Below, one piece after another: positions 1-7,856 of a stretch of DNA of 26,537 nt (its first letter is position 1; each line of letters starts with the position of its first letter). A program made the translations under genes and the position numbers. The DNA lies in contig JBGPFC010000047.1 in assembly GCA_041483195.1 (NCBI GenBank), positions 1-26,537 on the forward strand. The letters are read 5' to 3'. This DNA comes from Candidatus Eiseniibacteriota bacterium. Its GTDB lineage: Bacteria; Eisenbacteria; RBG-16-71-46. A model generated the notes under the pieces. It was not told the DNA's origin and did not search any database. It was given only the letters and a program-made list of their open reading frames with translations.

Positions 1-663
1 CGCCAGCGGTGCGGTGCACACCGCGAGCCCGCCGACCGGCCAGCCCGCGACGCGAGTGCCGTCGCCGTTCAGGTGCTGCGCGTAGACATCCGCGTTGGCA
101 AAGCCGGAGCGCGAGTCTTCCCAGACGACGAACACACCGCCCGCACCATCCGCCAGCATGCGCGCAATTTGCTGATCGCCCGGCGCGGTGCCCATCGGCA
201 AGCCATCGGCAGGCCAGCCTGGCGCGAGTGAGCCGTCACCTCGAACGTGCTGCGCGTAGATGTCGAGACCGTTCGGGGTCCAGCTTCGGTAGTCCTCCCA
301 CACGACGAACGCACCGCCCGCGCCATCGGGCACGATGTCGTCCGAGTACTGGTCGTGTGCTTCCCCCACTGCCCGTACGCCGCGACCGGGCCAGCCGGGA
401 GCGATGGTTCCATTCGGCAGCACCCGCTGCACGTAGAGATCCTGGTTCACCAGCCCCGGGTTCCGCTCCCACACAACGAGCGCACCGCCGAATCCGTCCT
501 GGCAGATGAGGGGATTGAATCCCGCGCACAACGGCCGGACGCACACTTCCATCCCGTTATAGCCCCACTGTTCCTGGGCGTGTGCCACGAGCGGGAAGAG
601 CAGGGCGGCAGCGAGCAGCGCGCCGAGGGCGGATCTGGCGATCCTGTGGGCGGGTCGGTGCAT
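1..663 (-). CDS. Secreted repeat protein (probable beta-propeller-type, ~58-aa DGxGG-x4-W-E/D repeats); 3' end lies outside the window
   Basis: Manual translation from ATG at 663, open to position 1: MHRPAHRIARSALGALLAAALLFPLVAHA/QEQWGYNG..., a Sec signal peptide ending AHA. Three repeats follow: DGFGGALVVWE...DLYVQRV...GWP, DGAGGAFVVWEDYR...DIYAQHV...GWP, DGAGGVFVVWEDSR...DVYAQHL...GWP. Not in the ORF track because there is no stop codon in the window. Confidence 0.85.
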   Translation of the reverse strand, partial: MHRPAHRIARSALGALLAAALLFPLVAHAQEQWGYNGMEVCVRPLCAGFNPLICQDGFGGALVVWERNPGLVNQDLYVQRVLPNGTIAPGWPGRGVRAVGEAHDQYSDDIVPDGAGGAFVVWEDYRSWTPNGLDIYAQHVRGDGSLAPGWPADGLPMGTAPGDQQIARMLADGAGGVFVVWEDSRSGFANADVYAQHLNGDGTRVAGWPVGGLAVCTAPLA

Positions 664-774
664 GACCTGGGTGCTGTCGCGGGGTGCCTGGGTCAGAGCC
701 AATGCTCCGGAGGGTCCGGCTGCACAGTGATCATTAGACATACCGGGGGCGACCCCGGCGGTAGTCACCCTGTA

Positions 775-803
775 AGTGTAGCGACGGTGAGCACGCCTGT
801 CGC
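775..803 (-). promoter_or_regulatory. Putative sigma70 promoter for the repeat-protein gene
   Basis: Minus strand GCGACA (803-798), 17 nt, TACACT (780-775), about 110 nt upstream of the ATG at 663. Confidence 0.45.
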
Positions 804-908
804 GCGGTGATTTCTGCTCCGTGACCGCAAGAAGATGGCGTTGACGCCTTGGATCAGTGGAGTGGATATGAGAGCCGCGGCGAAAGCGCCGCACAAGGTT
901 TCCACCTG

Positions 909-940
909 AGGAACGGGAGGCCGCACGATCTCCCGTTCCT
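909..940. terminator. Strong stem-loop, probably the terminator of the ftsEX-envC transcript
   Basis: Perfect 11-bp inverted repeat AGGAACGGGAG (909-919) / CTCCCGTTCCT (930-940), about 60 nt past the envC stop. No clear U-tract on either strand. Confidence 0.5.
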
Positions 941-1002
941 TCGCAAGCGACGGTTTGAGCTTCGAATTCAATTGCGCACCGCCGCGCCGGCTCGCCCCCG
1001 CC

Positions 1003-2184
1003 CTATCGCAGCCAGTCCTCGGGATTGAGCGGCGTGCCGCCCTTGCGCACCTCGAAGTGGAGGATCGGGCCCTTGAGCGAGCCCGAGTCGCCGGAGCTGC
1101 CGATGGTCTGACCGGGCACGACCTCCGCTCCGACGCTGACCGAGATCTGGGAGAGGTGGCCGTAGAGCGTGAAGAATCCGTCGCCGTGGTTGAGGATGAT
1201 CATCTGCCCGTAGGTGCCGTAGTCCTCGCTCGTGTACTCGACGCGCGCCTTCGCCACCGCATGCACCGCGGTTCCGATCGCCACCTGAATATCGATCCCG
1301 TTGTTGGGCGTGACCGTGCCCCACTTGGGATGGGTCTCGGTGCCCATGTGCCCGACCAGGGGCCCCCGCACCGGCCATTCGAGCGAGCCCTCGCCCTTCG
1401 CGAAGTCTCCGGAATACGGCTGCGGGTTGCGGCCCTCGGCCTTCGCGCGATCGGCCTCGGCCTTGCGCCGCCGCTCGAGATCCACCAGCAGGCGCTGGAT
1501 CGAGCGCGCGGTCTTCTCCAGCTCGGCGGCCGCTGCGTCGAACGCCTCGCGCTGGGTCTGAATGGTTCGCACCGTGCCCTGGCGCTCGGTGCGCAGCGCG
1601 CCGAGCCGGCGGTTCTCGGCGGTGGTCTTCTGCGCGTTGCGCTGGATGGCGGTGAGGTTGGTCTGGAGCCGCTGCTGGGTGGCCTCGACCGCGGTCTTCT
1701 GCTCGCGCACGTCGTCGAGCATTACGCGGTCCTGCTCGGTCACCATCACCAGAAAATCCCAGCGCGCGAGCAACTGCCCGAACGAGCGCGGCGACAGCAG
1801 GAATTCCAGCTCGCGGCCCGCTCCGAACTTGTAGAGGTTGCGCATGCGCAGCGCGAGCTTGGCCTGGCGCTGCTGGAGCGTGAGGATGCTGCGCTGGAGG
1901 TCGGCGCGCGTCACCTCGAGCTGCTGGCCCAGCGAGCTGCGCTTCTGCTGGAGCGCGCGCAGCCGCTTGCGCGTGATGTTCAGCTCGCGCTCGGTGCGGT
2001 GGAGCCGCGTGATCTCCTCGGTCTCCCTGCCCTTGAGCCGGCTCGCGGCCTCGCGGTTCTCGCGCGCGAGGCGCTTCACCTCGTCCAGCTCGCGGCGCTT
2101 GGCGGCCTCGAGACTGTCCTGCTGCGCGAGCGCCGGGGCCGCGAGCAGCAGCCCGAGCAGCGCGAGCGAGATCCAGCGTCTCAT
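1003..2184 (-). CDS. envC: Murein hydrolase activator EnvC-like protein (coiled coil + M23 peptidase-like domain)
   Basis: Start MRRWISLALLGLLLAAPALAQQ (signal peptide) at ATG 2184, overlapping the ftsX stop (ATGA). Long coiled coil, then an M23 domain (WPVRG...NNGIDI...YGQMIILNHG...TLYGHL...LHFEVR...NP). Lies directly after ftsEX. Confidence 0.9.
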   Translation of the reverse strand: MRRWISLALLGLLLAAPALAQQDSLEAAKRRELDEVKRLARENREAASRLKGRETEEITRLHRTERELNITRKRLRALQQKRSSLGQQLEVTRADLQRSILTLQQRQAKLALRMRNLYKFGAGRELEFLLSPRSFGQLLARWDFLVMVTEQDRVMLDDVREQKTAVEATQQRLQTNLTAIQRNAQKTTAENRRLGALRTERQGTVRTIQTQREAFDAAAAELEKTARSIQRLLVDLERRRKAEADRAKAEGRNPQPYSGDFAKGEGSLEWPVRGPLVGHMGTETHPKWGTVTPNNGIDIQVAIGTAVHAVAKARVEYTSEDYGTYGQMIILNHGDGFFTLYGHLSQISVSVGAEVVPGQTIGSSGDSGSLKGPILHFEVRKGGTPLNPEDWLR

Positions 2185-3038
2185 GGCCCCACGGAGCGCA
2201 GCACGCGGGAGATCGCGAACACCGCGGCGATCCAGGCCAGCGCGATCGCGCCGCCCATGAACGCGAGCCCCCACGCCGGCGGCAGGAACACGACGCCCAC
2301 CACCTGCGCGGCCACCGCGTGGCGGAAGCCGAACAGCACGCCGAGCGCGAGCGCTGCGGCGATCGCGGCCTCGAGCACCGCCTCGATCACGAACGGCGTG
2401 GCGATGAAGCGGTCGGTCGCGCCGAGGCGGCTCATGATCTCGACCTGCGGGCGGCGCGCGAGCACCGTGAGCCGGATGGTGTTGTAGATCACGAACACGA
2501 TCGCGATCGCGACCAGCGCGCCGACCGCGAGCGTGCCGCGCCGCAGCGAGGCGCCCAGCTCGTCGAGCCGCCGCACCCACTCCGCGCCGTAGCGCACGTC
2601 CTCGACCTCTGGGAACTGGCGCACCTGCTGCGCGGCCTCTTCCATGGACGGATAGTTCAGCAGCTCGGGCCGCAGCTTCACGCGCAGCGAGGCGGGCAGC
2701 GGATTCTGCTCGACCGCATCGAGCAGGCCGGGATCGCCCACCTGCTCGACGAATTCCTTCCACGCCTGGTCCTTGCTCACGTAGGTCACGTCGCCGTAGA
2801 GACGCCGCAGGCTCTCGATCACCGCGTCGCGCCGCGCGTCGGACACGTCGTCCTTGAGGTAGATCACCATCTCGCGCCGGTCGCCGATCCAGAGCAGCGC
2901 GGTGTCGGCGTTGTGGGTGAGCAGCAGGAACAATCCGCAGAGCGAGAGCGCGGCGCTGAGCGAGAAGATCGCGGTGATGCCGAGCCCGCGGTGCTGCTTG
3001 AACGAGCGCCACGCCTCGCGGAAGAAGAAGGTGCGCAT
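2181..3038 (-). CDS. ftsX: Cell division permease FtsX
   Basis: N-terminal TM, periplasmic loop with YVSKDQA and NPLPAS motifs, IYNTIRLTVLARRPQVEIMSRLGAT..FI..PF..E signature, three C-terminal TMs; follows ftsE. Confidence 0.93.
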   Translation of the reverse strand: MRTFFFREAWRSFKQHRGLGITAIFSLSAALSLCGLFLLLTHNADTALLWIGDRREMVIYLKDDVSDARRDAVIESLRRLYGDVTYVSKDQAWKEFVEQVGDPGLLDAVEQNPLPASLRVKLRPELLNYPSMEEAAQQVRQFPEVEDVRYGAEWVRRLDELGASLRRGTLAVGALVAIAIVFVIYNTIRLTVLARRPQVEIMSRLGATDRFIATPFVIEAVLEAAIAAALALGVLFGFRHAVAAQVVGVVFLPPAWGLAFMGGAIALAWIAAVFAISRVLRSVGP

Positions 3039-3040
3039 GC

Positions 3041-3874
3041 TCAGCTCGCCTCGGGCGCGGGGGCGGAGTCCGCGGCCGGCACGGGGGCGGGCGCGGCGTC
3101 GAGCGCGGAGTCAGCGGGCGCCGCGTCGAGTGCCGGCGCGGGCGCGACGTCGAGCGCTGGCGGTGGCGCCTGCGCTGCATCGAATGCCGGCGCGCTCGTG
3201 GCCTCCGGTGCCAGACCCTCGCCATCGGGCCGCCGCCCCTCCTCGATCCTGAGCACGCGGCCGTTCATCGCGTCGGCCACCTCCTGGCGGGTGGTGACCA
3301 TCAGCAGCGCCGCGCCCTCGCCGTGAATGCGGCGCAGCAGCGCCAGCACCTCGTCTGCGCTGCGGCGCTCGAGCGCGCCGGTCGGTTCGTCTGCGAGCAG
3401 CACGGCGGGGCGGTTCACGATCGCGCGCGCGATCGCCGCGCGCTGCTTCTCGCCCGCCGACAGCTCGGAGGGGTACGCGGTCTGCATGGACTTGAGCCCC
3501 ACCTCGTCGAGCGCGTAGAGCACGCGCGGAATCACGTCGCTCTCCTCGAACCGGCCGGTGATGCGCACCGCCAGCGCCACGTTCTCGAAAACCGTGCGGT
3601 CGCCGAGCAGGCGGAAGTCCTCGTAGATGATGCCCAGGGTGCGGCGCAGCAGCGCGCGCTGGGGGCGCGAGAGCCGCCCGCCGCGAAACGTGCCGACGGT
3701 GACGGTGCCGGAGGTGGGCTGGATCTCGTGGGTGATGAGGCGCAGCAGGGTGGTCTTGCCCGCGCCGCTGTGGCCCAGGAACACCACGCACTCGCCCTCG
3801 TCCATGCGCCACGACAGGGAATCGAGCGCCAGGCGCTGTCCGTAGCGCTTGGTGACCTGCTCGAAAGAGATCAT
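3041..3874 (-). CDS. ftsE: Cell division ATP-binding protein FtsE (atypical motifs, Ala/Pro-rich C-terminal tail)
   Basis: Walker A GHSGAGKT, FtsE-like YEDFRLL..RTVFENVA, signature LSAGEKQR, Walker B LLADEPTG; directly upstream of ftsX. Confidence 0.9.
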   Translation of the reverse strand: MISFEQVTKRYGQRLALDSLSWRMDEGECVVFLGHSGAGKTTLLRLITHEIQPTSGTVTVGTFRGGRLSRPQRALLRRTLGIIYEDFRLLGDRTVFENVALAVRITGRFEESDVIPRVLYALDEVGLKSMQTAYPSELSAGEKQRAAIARAIVNRPAVLLADEPTGALERRSADEVLALLRRIHGEGAALLMVTTRQEVADAMNGRVLRIEEGRRPDGEGLAPEATSAPAFDAAQAPPPALDVAPAPALDAAPADSALDAAPAPVPAADSAPAPEAS

Positions 3875-3881
3875 TTCCGCG

Positions 3882-3910
3882 AACCTAGCAGACGGTCAGC
3901 GGTGGCTCAA
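3882..3910 (-). promoter_or_regulatory. sigma70 promoter of ftsE, predicted leaderless transcript
   Basis: Minus strand TTGAGC (3910-3905), 17 nt, extended -10 TG-C-TAGGTT (hexamer 3887-3882). The ATG at 3874 follows after a 7-nt gap and has no SD sequence. Confidence 0.65.
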
Positions 3911-3942
3911 CGTCGGTGAGGGCCGCGAGCGCGTGTCCGGCC

Positions 3943-3963
3943 CGGGCCGCGCCGTGCGGCCCG
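3943..3963. terminator. GC-rich hairpin directly after the surA stop
   Basis: CGGGCCGC (3943-3950) / GCGGCCCG (3956-3963), between the surA stop (3966) and the ftsE promoter. Confidence 0.4.
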
Positions 3964-3965
3964 CC

Positions 3966-5297
3966 TCACCGATACTCGACGTGCGCCTTCTCGCGCAGCG
4001 TCTTGATCCACGCGTCGTAGCGGTCCTTGAGCTGAACCTGCGCGACCGCGGCGGGCAGCTCGTCGCGAATCTCCTCGAGCGTGTACGGGCGCTCGGGCTT
4101 GCGGTCGGTGACCTTGAACACGTTGAAGCCGATCTGGTTGGAGAGCACCTCGCTGATCTGCCCCACCTCGAGCGAGTCGATCCCGGAGCGGATCGAGGGC
4201 TGCAGGTTGCCCATCGAGACGAATCCGATGTCGCCCTCCTCGGTCTGCTGGCCGCTGTACCTGCTGTAGCGCCGCACCAGCGTGCCGAAGTTCGTGCCCT
4301 TGGCCGCCTCGCCGCGCACGCGGGTCGCGAGCGCGCGCGCCCGCTCCGCGTCGCCGTCGGTGATGTTCACCTTGATCAGGATGTGGCGCACGTGCGCTTC
4401 GAGCAGGGGCTTGCCCTCGCGGGTCAGGCTGTCGCGGCCGCCGCGCGTCTTCAGCGTGTCGCGCTCCAGCACCTCGATGATGTGCCAGCCGTAGGGCGTG
4501 CGAATCGGCTCGCTCAGCTGGTTGAGCTTCATGCTGAACGCGGCGTCCTCGATCGTGGGCTCCATCGAGCCCATCGCGAAGAATCCGAGATCGCCCCCGG
4601 CGCGGGCGGAGTTGGGATCATCCGAGACTTCGGCCGCGACCTTGGCGAATTTCTCGCCGCCCGTGACGCGCTTGCGCGCGGCCAGCACCGCGGCGCGGCC
4701 CTTCGCCTCGGTGGCCGAGTCCGCGGAGATCGGAATCTGGATCACCGACAGCCGCGCCTCCGGCGGCACCTTGGGGAAGCGCGCGATGTTGGCCTTGAAG
4801 AAGGTCTCGGCCTCGGCCTGCGGAATCTTGTGCTCCGGAAACTGCTTCGCCATGAGCCGCTGGCCGACCGCCTGCTTCTTGAGATCGCTGCGATACTTCT
4901 CGCGCAGCTTCTCCTCGGTGGTGTTCTCGCGCTTCAGCTGCTCGCGGAAGGCCTGCTCGCTGCCCATGCGCTCCTTCGCGTCGGCGATCGCGGCCACCAC
5001 CTGCTTCTCGATCTCGGCGTCCGACACCGTCAGGCCCTGGCGCTTCGCCTCCGCGAAGATCAACCGGTCGTCGATGAGCTGCTCGAGGATCTGGTGACGG
5101 AGCGTGTCGAGCTCTGCCGAATCGGGCGGGGTCTGCGCGCGCTGCATCAGCAAGGCGAGCTGCTCCTCGACGTCGCTCTGGAGGATCGCGTCGTCGTTCA
5201 CGATGGCGGCGATGCCATCCAGGCGCTGCGCCCAGGCGGGCGCGGCGAGACAGGCGATGATCCCGAGCGCCAGGAACGAACGTGCGATGGACTTCAA
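3966..5297 (-). CDS. surA: SurA-like periplasmic chaperone / parvulin peptidyl-prolyl isomerase
   Basis: TTG start at 5297, 8 nt after GAGGAGG. Signal peptide MKSIARSFLALGIIACLAAPAWA, SurA-N motif DGIAAIVNDDAILQSDV, two rotamase domains (F..VA..VSDD.....GGDLGF...GWHII; HILI...GDIGF). Confidence 0.88.
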   Translation of the reverse strand: MKSIARSFLALGIIACLAAPAWAQRLDGIAAIVNDDAILQSDVEEQLALLMQRAQTPPDSAELDTLRHQILEQLIDDRLIFAEAKRQGLTVSDAEIEKQVVAAIADAKERMGSEQAFREQLKRENTTEEKLREKYRSDLKKQAVGQRLMAKQFPEHKIPQAEAETFFKANIARFPKVPPEARLSVIQIPISADSATEAKGRAAVLAARKRVTGGEKFAKVAAEVSDDPNSARAGGDLGFFAMGSMEPTIEDAAFSMKLNQLSEPIRTPYGWHIIEVLERDTLKTRGGRDSLTREGKPLLEAHVRHILIKVNITDGDAERARALATRVRGEAAKGTNFGTLVRRYSRYSGQQTEEGDIGFVSMGNLQPSIRSGIDSLEVGQISEVLSNQIGFNVFKVTDRKPERPYTLEEIRDELPAAVAQVQLKDRYDAWIKTLREKAHVEYR

Positions 5298-5410
5298 GTG
5301 AAGAGCCTCCTCAGGGAGTGGTCGCGGCGCGATCGCGGTCGAGCGGCGCGCTGCCGCGTGCGCGGCGCGGCGCGGAACCCGCGGGCTGCTGTGTGCCAGG
5401 GCGAACGCGC

Positions 5411-5439
5411 AGTATAGCCGCTGCATGGGAGCGCAGCAA
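5411..5439 (-). promoter_or_regulatory. sigma70 promoter of surA
   Basis: Minus strand TTGCTG (5439-5434), 17 nt, TATACT (5416-5411). Confidence 0.65.
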
Positions 5440-5481
5440 TTTCAGGACCGCGTTCCGGCGAAGGCGAATCGCGCGCCTGCC

Positions 5482-5513
5482 CCGCGCTGGTGCGGCCGAT
5501 GTGCCGCGCTCGT
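5482..5513 (+). promoter_or_regulatory. Possible LytTR-type operator (imperfect direct repeat, 22-bp period)
   Basis: CCGCGCTGGT at 5482 and CCGCGCTCGT at 5504, upstream of a GATACT -10-like hexamer (5548-5553) and the lytS/lytTR-type operon. Confidence 0.3.
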
Positions 5514-5627
5514 CGCGCCGTCACGTCACCGCGGCCTCGGGCCGGGCGATACTTGCGTGAGAGTCCCGGCCGCGACCATTCTGCCGGGGCCCTGGACCCG
5601 CGACCCGATCCCACCCGAGCGATCTTC

Positions 5628-7856
5628 ATGACAACTGCCGGACTCGACACGATTCACGACCGCGCCTCCGACGGTCCCGCCGTGAGGCCGGGCTTCCGCG
5701 CGCGCCGCGCGCTGGCGGTGGCGGCGATGCTGGTCGCGCTCGCGATCGGCCTGCCGCGCTTCCTCACGCACACGCCCTACCCGCGATTCGGCGTGGTGTT
5801 CGACTGGCGCGCCGCGCAGGGGCGTGGCGTGGTCGCGCAGGTGGTGGGTCCGCCCGGGAAGGGGATTCTCGAGAAGGGGGATCAGGTGCTCGCGCTCGAA
5901 GGCGAGCCCTTCACGCTCGAGACGCTGCGCGCGCATATCCGGCGTCAGGACCTGCCGCGCGGGCCCGCCAAGCTGGTGGTGCTGCGCGACGGGCGCGAGA
6001 TCGAGTTGCTGCTCCCGCCGCTGCGGCTCACCGCCTGGCAACGGGTGCGCTCCTACACGCTCCCGCTCGCGGCGGTGGTCGCGGTGCCGATCGTCGCGTT
6101 CCTGCTGGTGTGGCGCCGGCCGGACCTGGGCACGGCGTGGGCGTTCCTCTGGTACGCGACGCTGCAGGGGCTCGGCGCGATCTGGGATCTCTATCGCTTT
6201 CCGCAGTCCACCGTCACCGGCGGGTTCAAGCTCTACCTCGACCTCTACAACGGGCTCACCTACTTCTATCCCGCCAGCTTCCTCCACTTCATGACGGTGT
6301 TCCCGCGCCCGCGCTGGCGCGGCCCCTGGCCGCTCAAGAGCTGGTGGTTCTGGCTGGTGGTCGCGAGCTACGTGGTCTCGGCGCTGCTGTATCCGCTCGG
6401 GAACCTGCTGCACCGCAAGCCCGACGAGATCTTCGTGTGGTTCGACACCATCGCGCTGGTGCTCGGCACGCTCTCGCTGGTCGAGCGCTACGGCCGCCCG
6501 GCGCGCCCCGAATGGGCGCCGCGCCGCGGCGAGCGCGCGCTGGCGCTGGTGGTCGCGCTCGCGTTGTTCGCGGCCACGGCGTTCGGCGTGTTCGGCGCGC
6601 TGGGCGAGGACCCGCGCATCATGGCGCTGTTCTCGCTGCCGCTGGTGCGGGTGCTGTTCACGGTGGTCACGGTCGCGTGGCTCACCTCGCCGCTGCTGAT
6701 CGCGTTCCTGATCGCGAACGATCCGGCGTTCGATCCGCGGCGTCTGCTCGTCCAGGGCCTGCCCTACGCGCTGCTCTCCGGCGTGCTCGCCGCGCTCTAC
6801 CTCGCGATCGTGCTGGTCGCGCAGCGCATGTTCGCGGCGGCGACCCGCGAGGAGGGCATGGCGTTCAACGTGATCGCCGCGCTGGCGGTGGCGTTCGCGT
6901 TCGCGCCGCTGCGCGAGCGGCTGCAGCGCTGGCTCGACCGGCTCTACGGCCGCGATCCGCGCATGCTGCGCGTGGCGCTCGATCAGGCGGGCCGCGACCT
7001 GCTGGGCGCGCTCGACCGCGATCAGGTGCGCTCGGCGGTCGAGACCGGGCTCGCGAGCGGGCTGCGCCGCCACGTGGCGGTCGAGTGGCCGGAGGCCGGC
7101 CCGCCGCGCGCGCAGGACCCGGGCGAGATCCCGGAGGACGCGCGCACCGCGGTCGAGAACCTGCTGATCCAGGCCGGCATCCGGCTCGAGAACCTCTCGC
7201 TACACGAGCAGCGCGCCGCCGACGAGCGGCGCGCCGCAGAGCTGCGCGAGGCCGCGACCCGCGCCGAGCTGCGCGCGCTCCACGCGCAGGTGCAGCCCCA
7301 CTTCCTGTTCAACGCGCTGAACGCGCTCTCCTACCTCACCGAGACCGATCCGCCCGCCGCGCAGCGCTTCACCGAGCGGCTCGCCGACATGCTGCGCTAC
7401 ACCGTCGAGGCGAGCGAGCGCCCGGCGGCGCTGCTCTCCGAGGAGATCGGGTTCGTGCAGAACTACCTGGGCGTCGCGCGCGAGCGTTACGAGAACGCGC
7501 TGGCGTTCGAATATTGCGGCAGCAAGGACCTGCTCTCGCTGGCGGTGCCGCCGCTGCTCCTGCAGCCGCTGGTCGAGAACAGCCTGAAGCACGGCTGTGC
7601 GCCCGGGGAAGCCGCGCTCCACCTCACGCTCACCGCGCGGAAGGAAGACGACTGGATCACGCTCGAGTTCGCGGACGACGGCGTGGCGAACGGCAACGGC
7701 GCGCGGGCGCGCGGGCTCGGCGTGGGGCTCCAGAATCTCGAGCAGCGCGTCCGCCGCTTCGCCGGCGAAGCGGCCAGCATGAGCGCGGGCCCGCGCGCAC
7801 GCGGCGGTTACCAGGTGACGCTGCGCTGGCGCGCGCAGCAGGAGGCGGCACGGTGA
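5628..7856 (+). CDS. LytS/YehU-family sensor histidine kinase with extracytoplasmic PDZ-like domain and multi-TM region
   Basis: H-box LHAQVQPHFLFNALN, PPLLLQPLVENSLKHG, DDG and GLGVGL boxes typical of the LytS family. TM1 is followed by a PDZ-like segment (V.GPPGKGILEKGDQVLALEG...LVVLRDG) and about 8 more hydrophobic segments. Start placed at ATG 5628 (uncertain). Confidence 0.88.
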   Translation: MTTAGLDTIHDRASDGPAVRPGFRARRALAVAAMLVALAIGLPRFLTHTPYPRFGVVFDWRAAQGRGVVAQVVGPPGKGILEKGDQVLALEGEPFTLETLRAHIRRQDLPRGPAKLVVLRDGREIELLLPPLRLTAWQRVRSYTLPLAAVVAVPIVAFLLVWRRPDLGTAWAFLWYATLQGLGAIWDLYRFPQSTVTGGFKLYLDLYNGLTYFYPASFLHFMTVFPRPRWRGPWPLKSWWFWLVVASYVVSALLYPLGNLLHRKPDEIFVWFDTIALVLGTLSLVERYGRPARPEWAPRRGERALALVVALALFAATAFGVFGALGEDPRIMALFSLPLVRVLFTVVTVAWLTSPLLIAFLIANDPAFDPRRLLVQGLPYALLSGVLAALYLAIVLVAQRMFAAATREEGMAFNVIAALAVAFAFAPLRERLQRWLDRLYGRDPRMLRVALDQAGRDLLGALDRDQVRSAVETGLASGLRRHVAVEWPEAGPPRAQDPGEIPEDARTAVENLLIQAGIRLENLSLHEQRAADERRAAELREAATRAELRALHAQVQPHFLFNALNALSYLTETDPPAAQRFTERLADMLRYTVEASERPAALLSEEIGFVQNYLGVARERYENALAFEYCGSKDLLSLAVPPLLLQPLVENSLKHGCAPGEAALHLTLTARKEDDWITLEFADDGVANGNGARARGLGVGLQNLEQRVRRFAGEAASMSAGPRARGGYQVTLRWRAQQEAAR

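Noticed and set aside
860..950. Possible tRNA or c-di-GMP/glycine riboswitch
   Set aside because: No cloverleaf, T-loop or CCA, and the conserved riboswitch cores are not present in the right order; kept only as an unexplained structured region.
1003..3225. 740-aa ORF suggesting a long N-terminal extension or FtsX-EnvC fusion
   Set aside because: The upstream part is an off-frame reading of ftsE/ftsX; the real start is ATG 2184 with a signal peptide and ATGA coupling.
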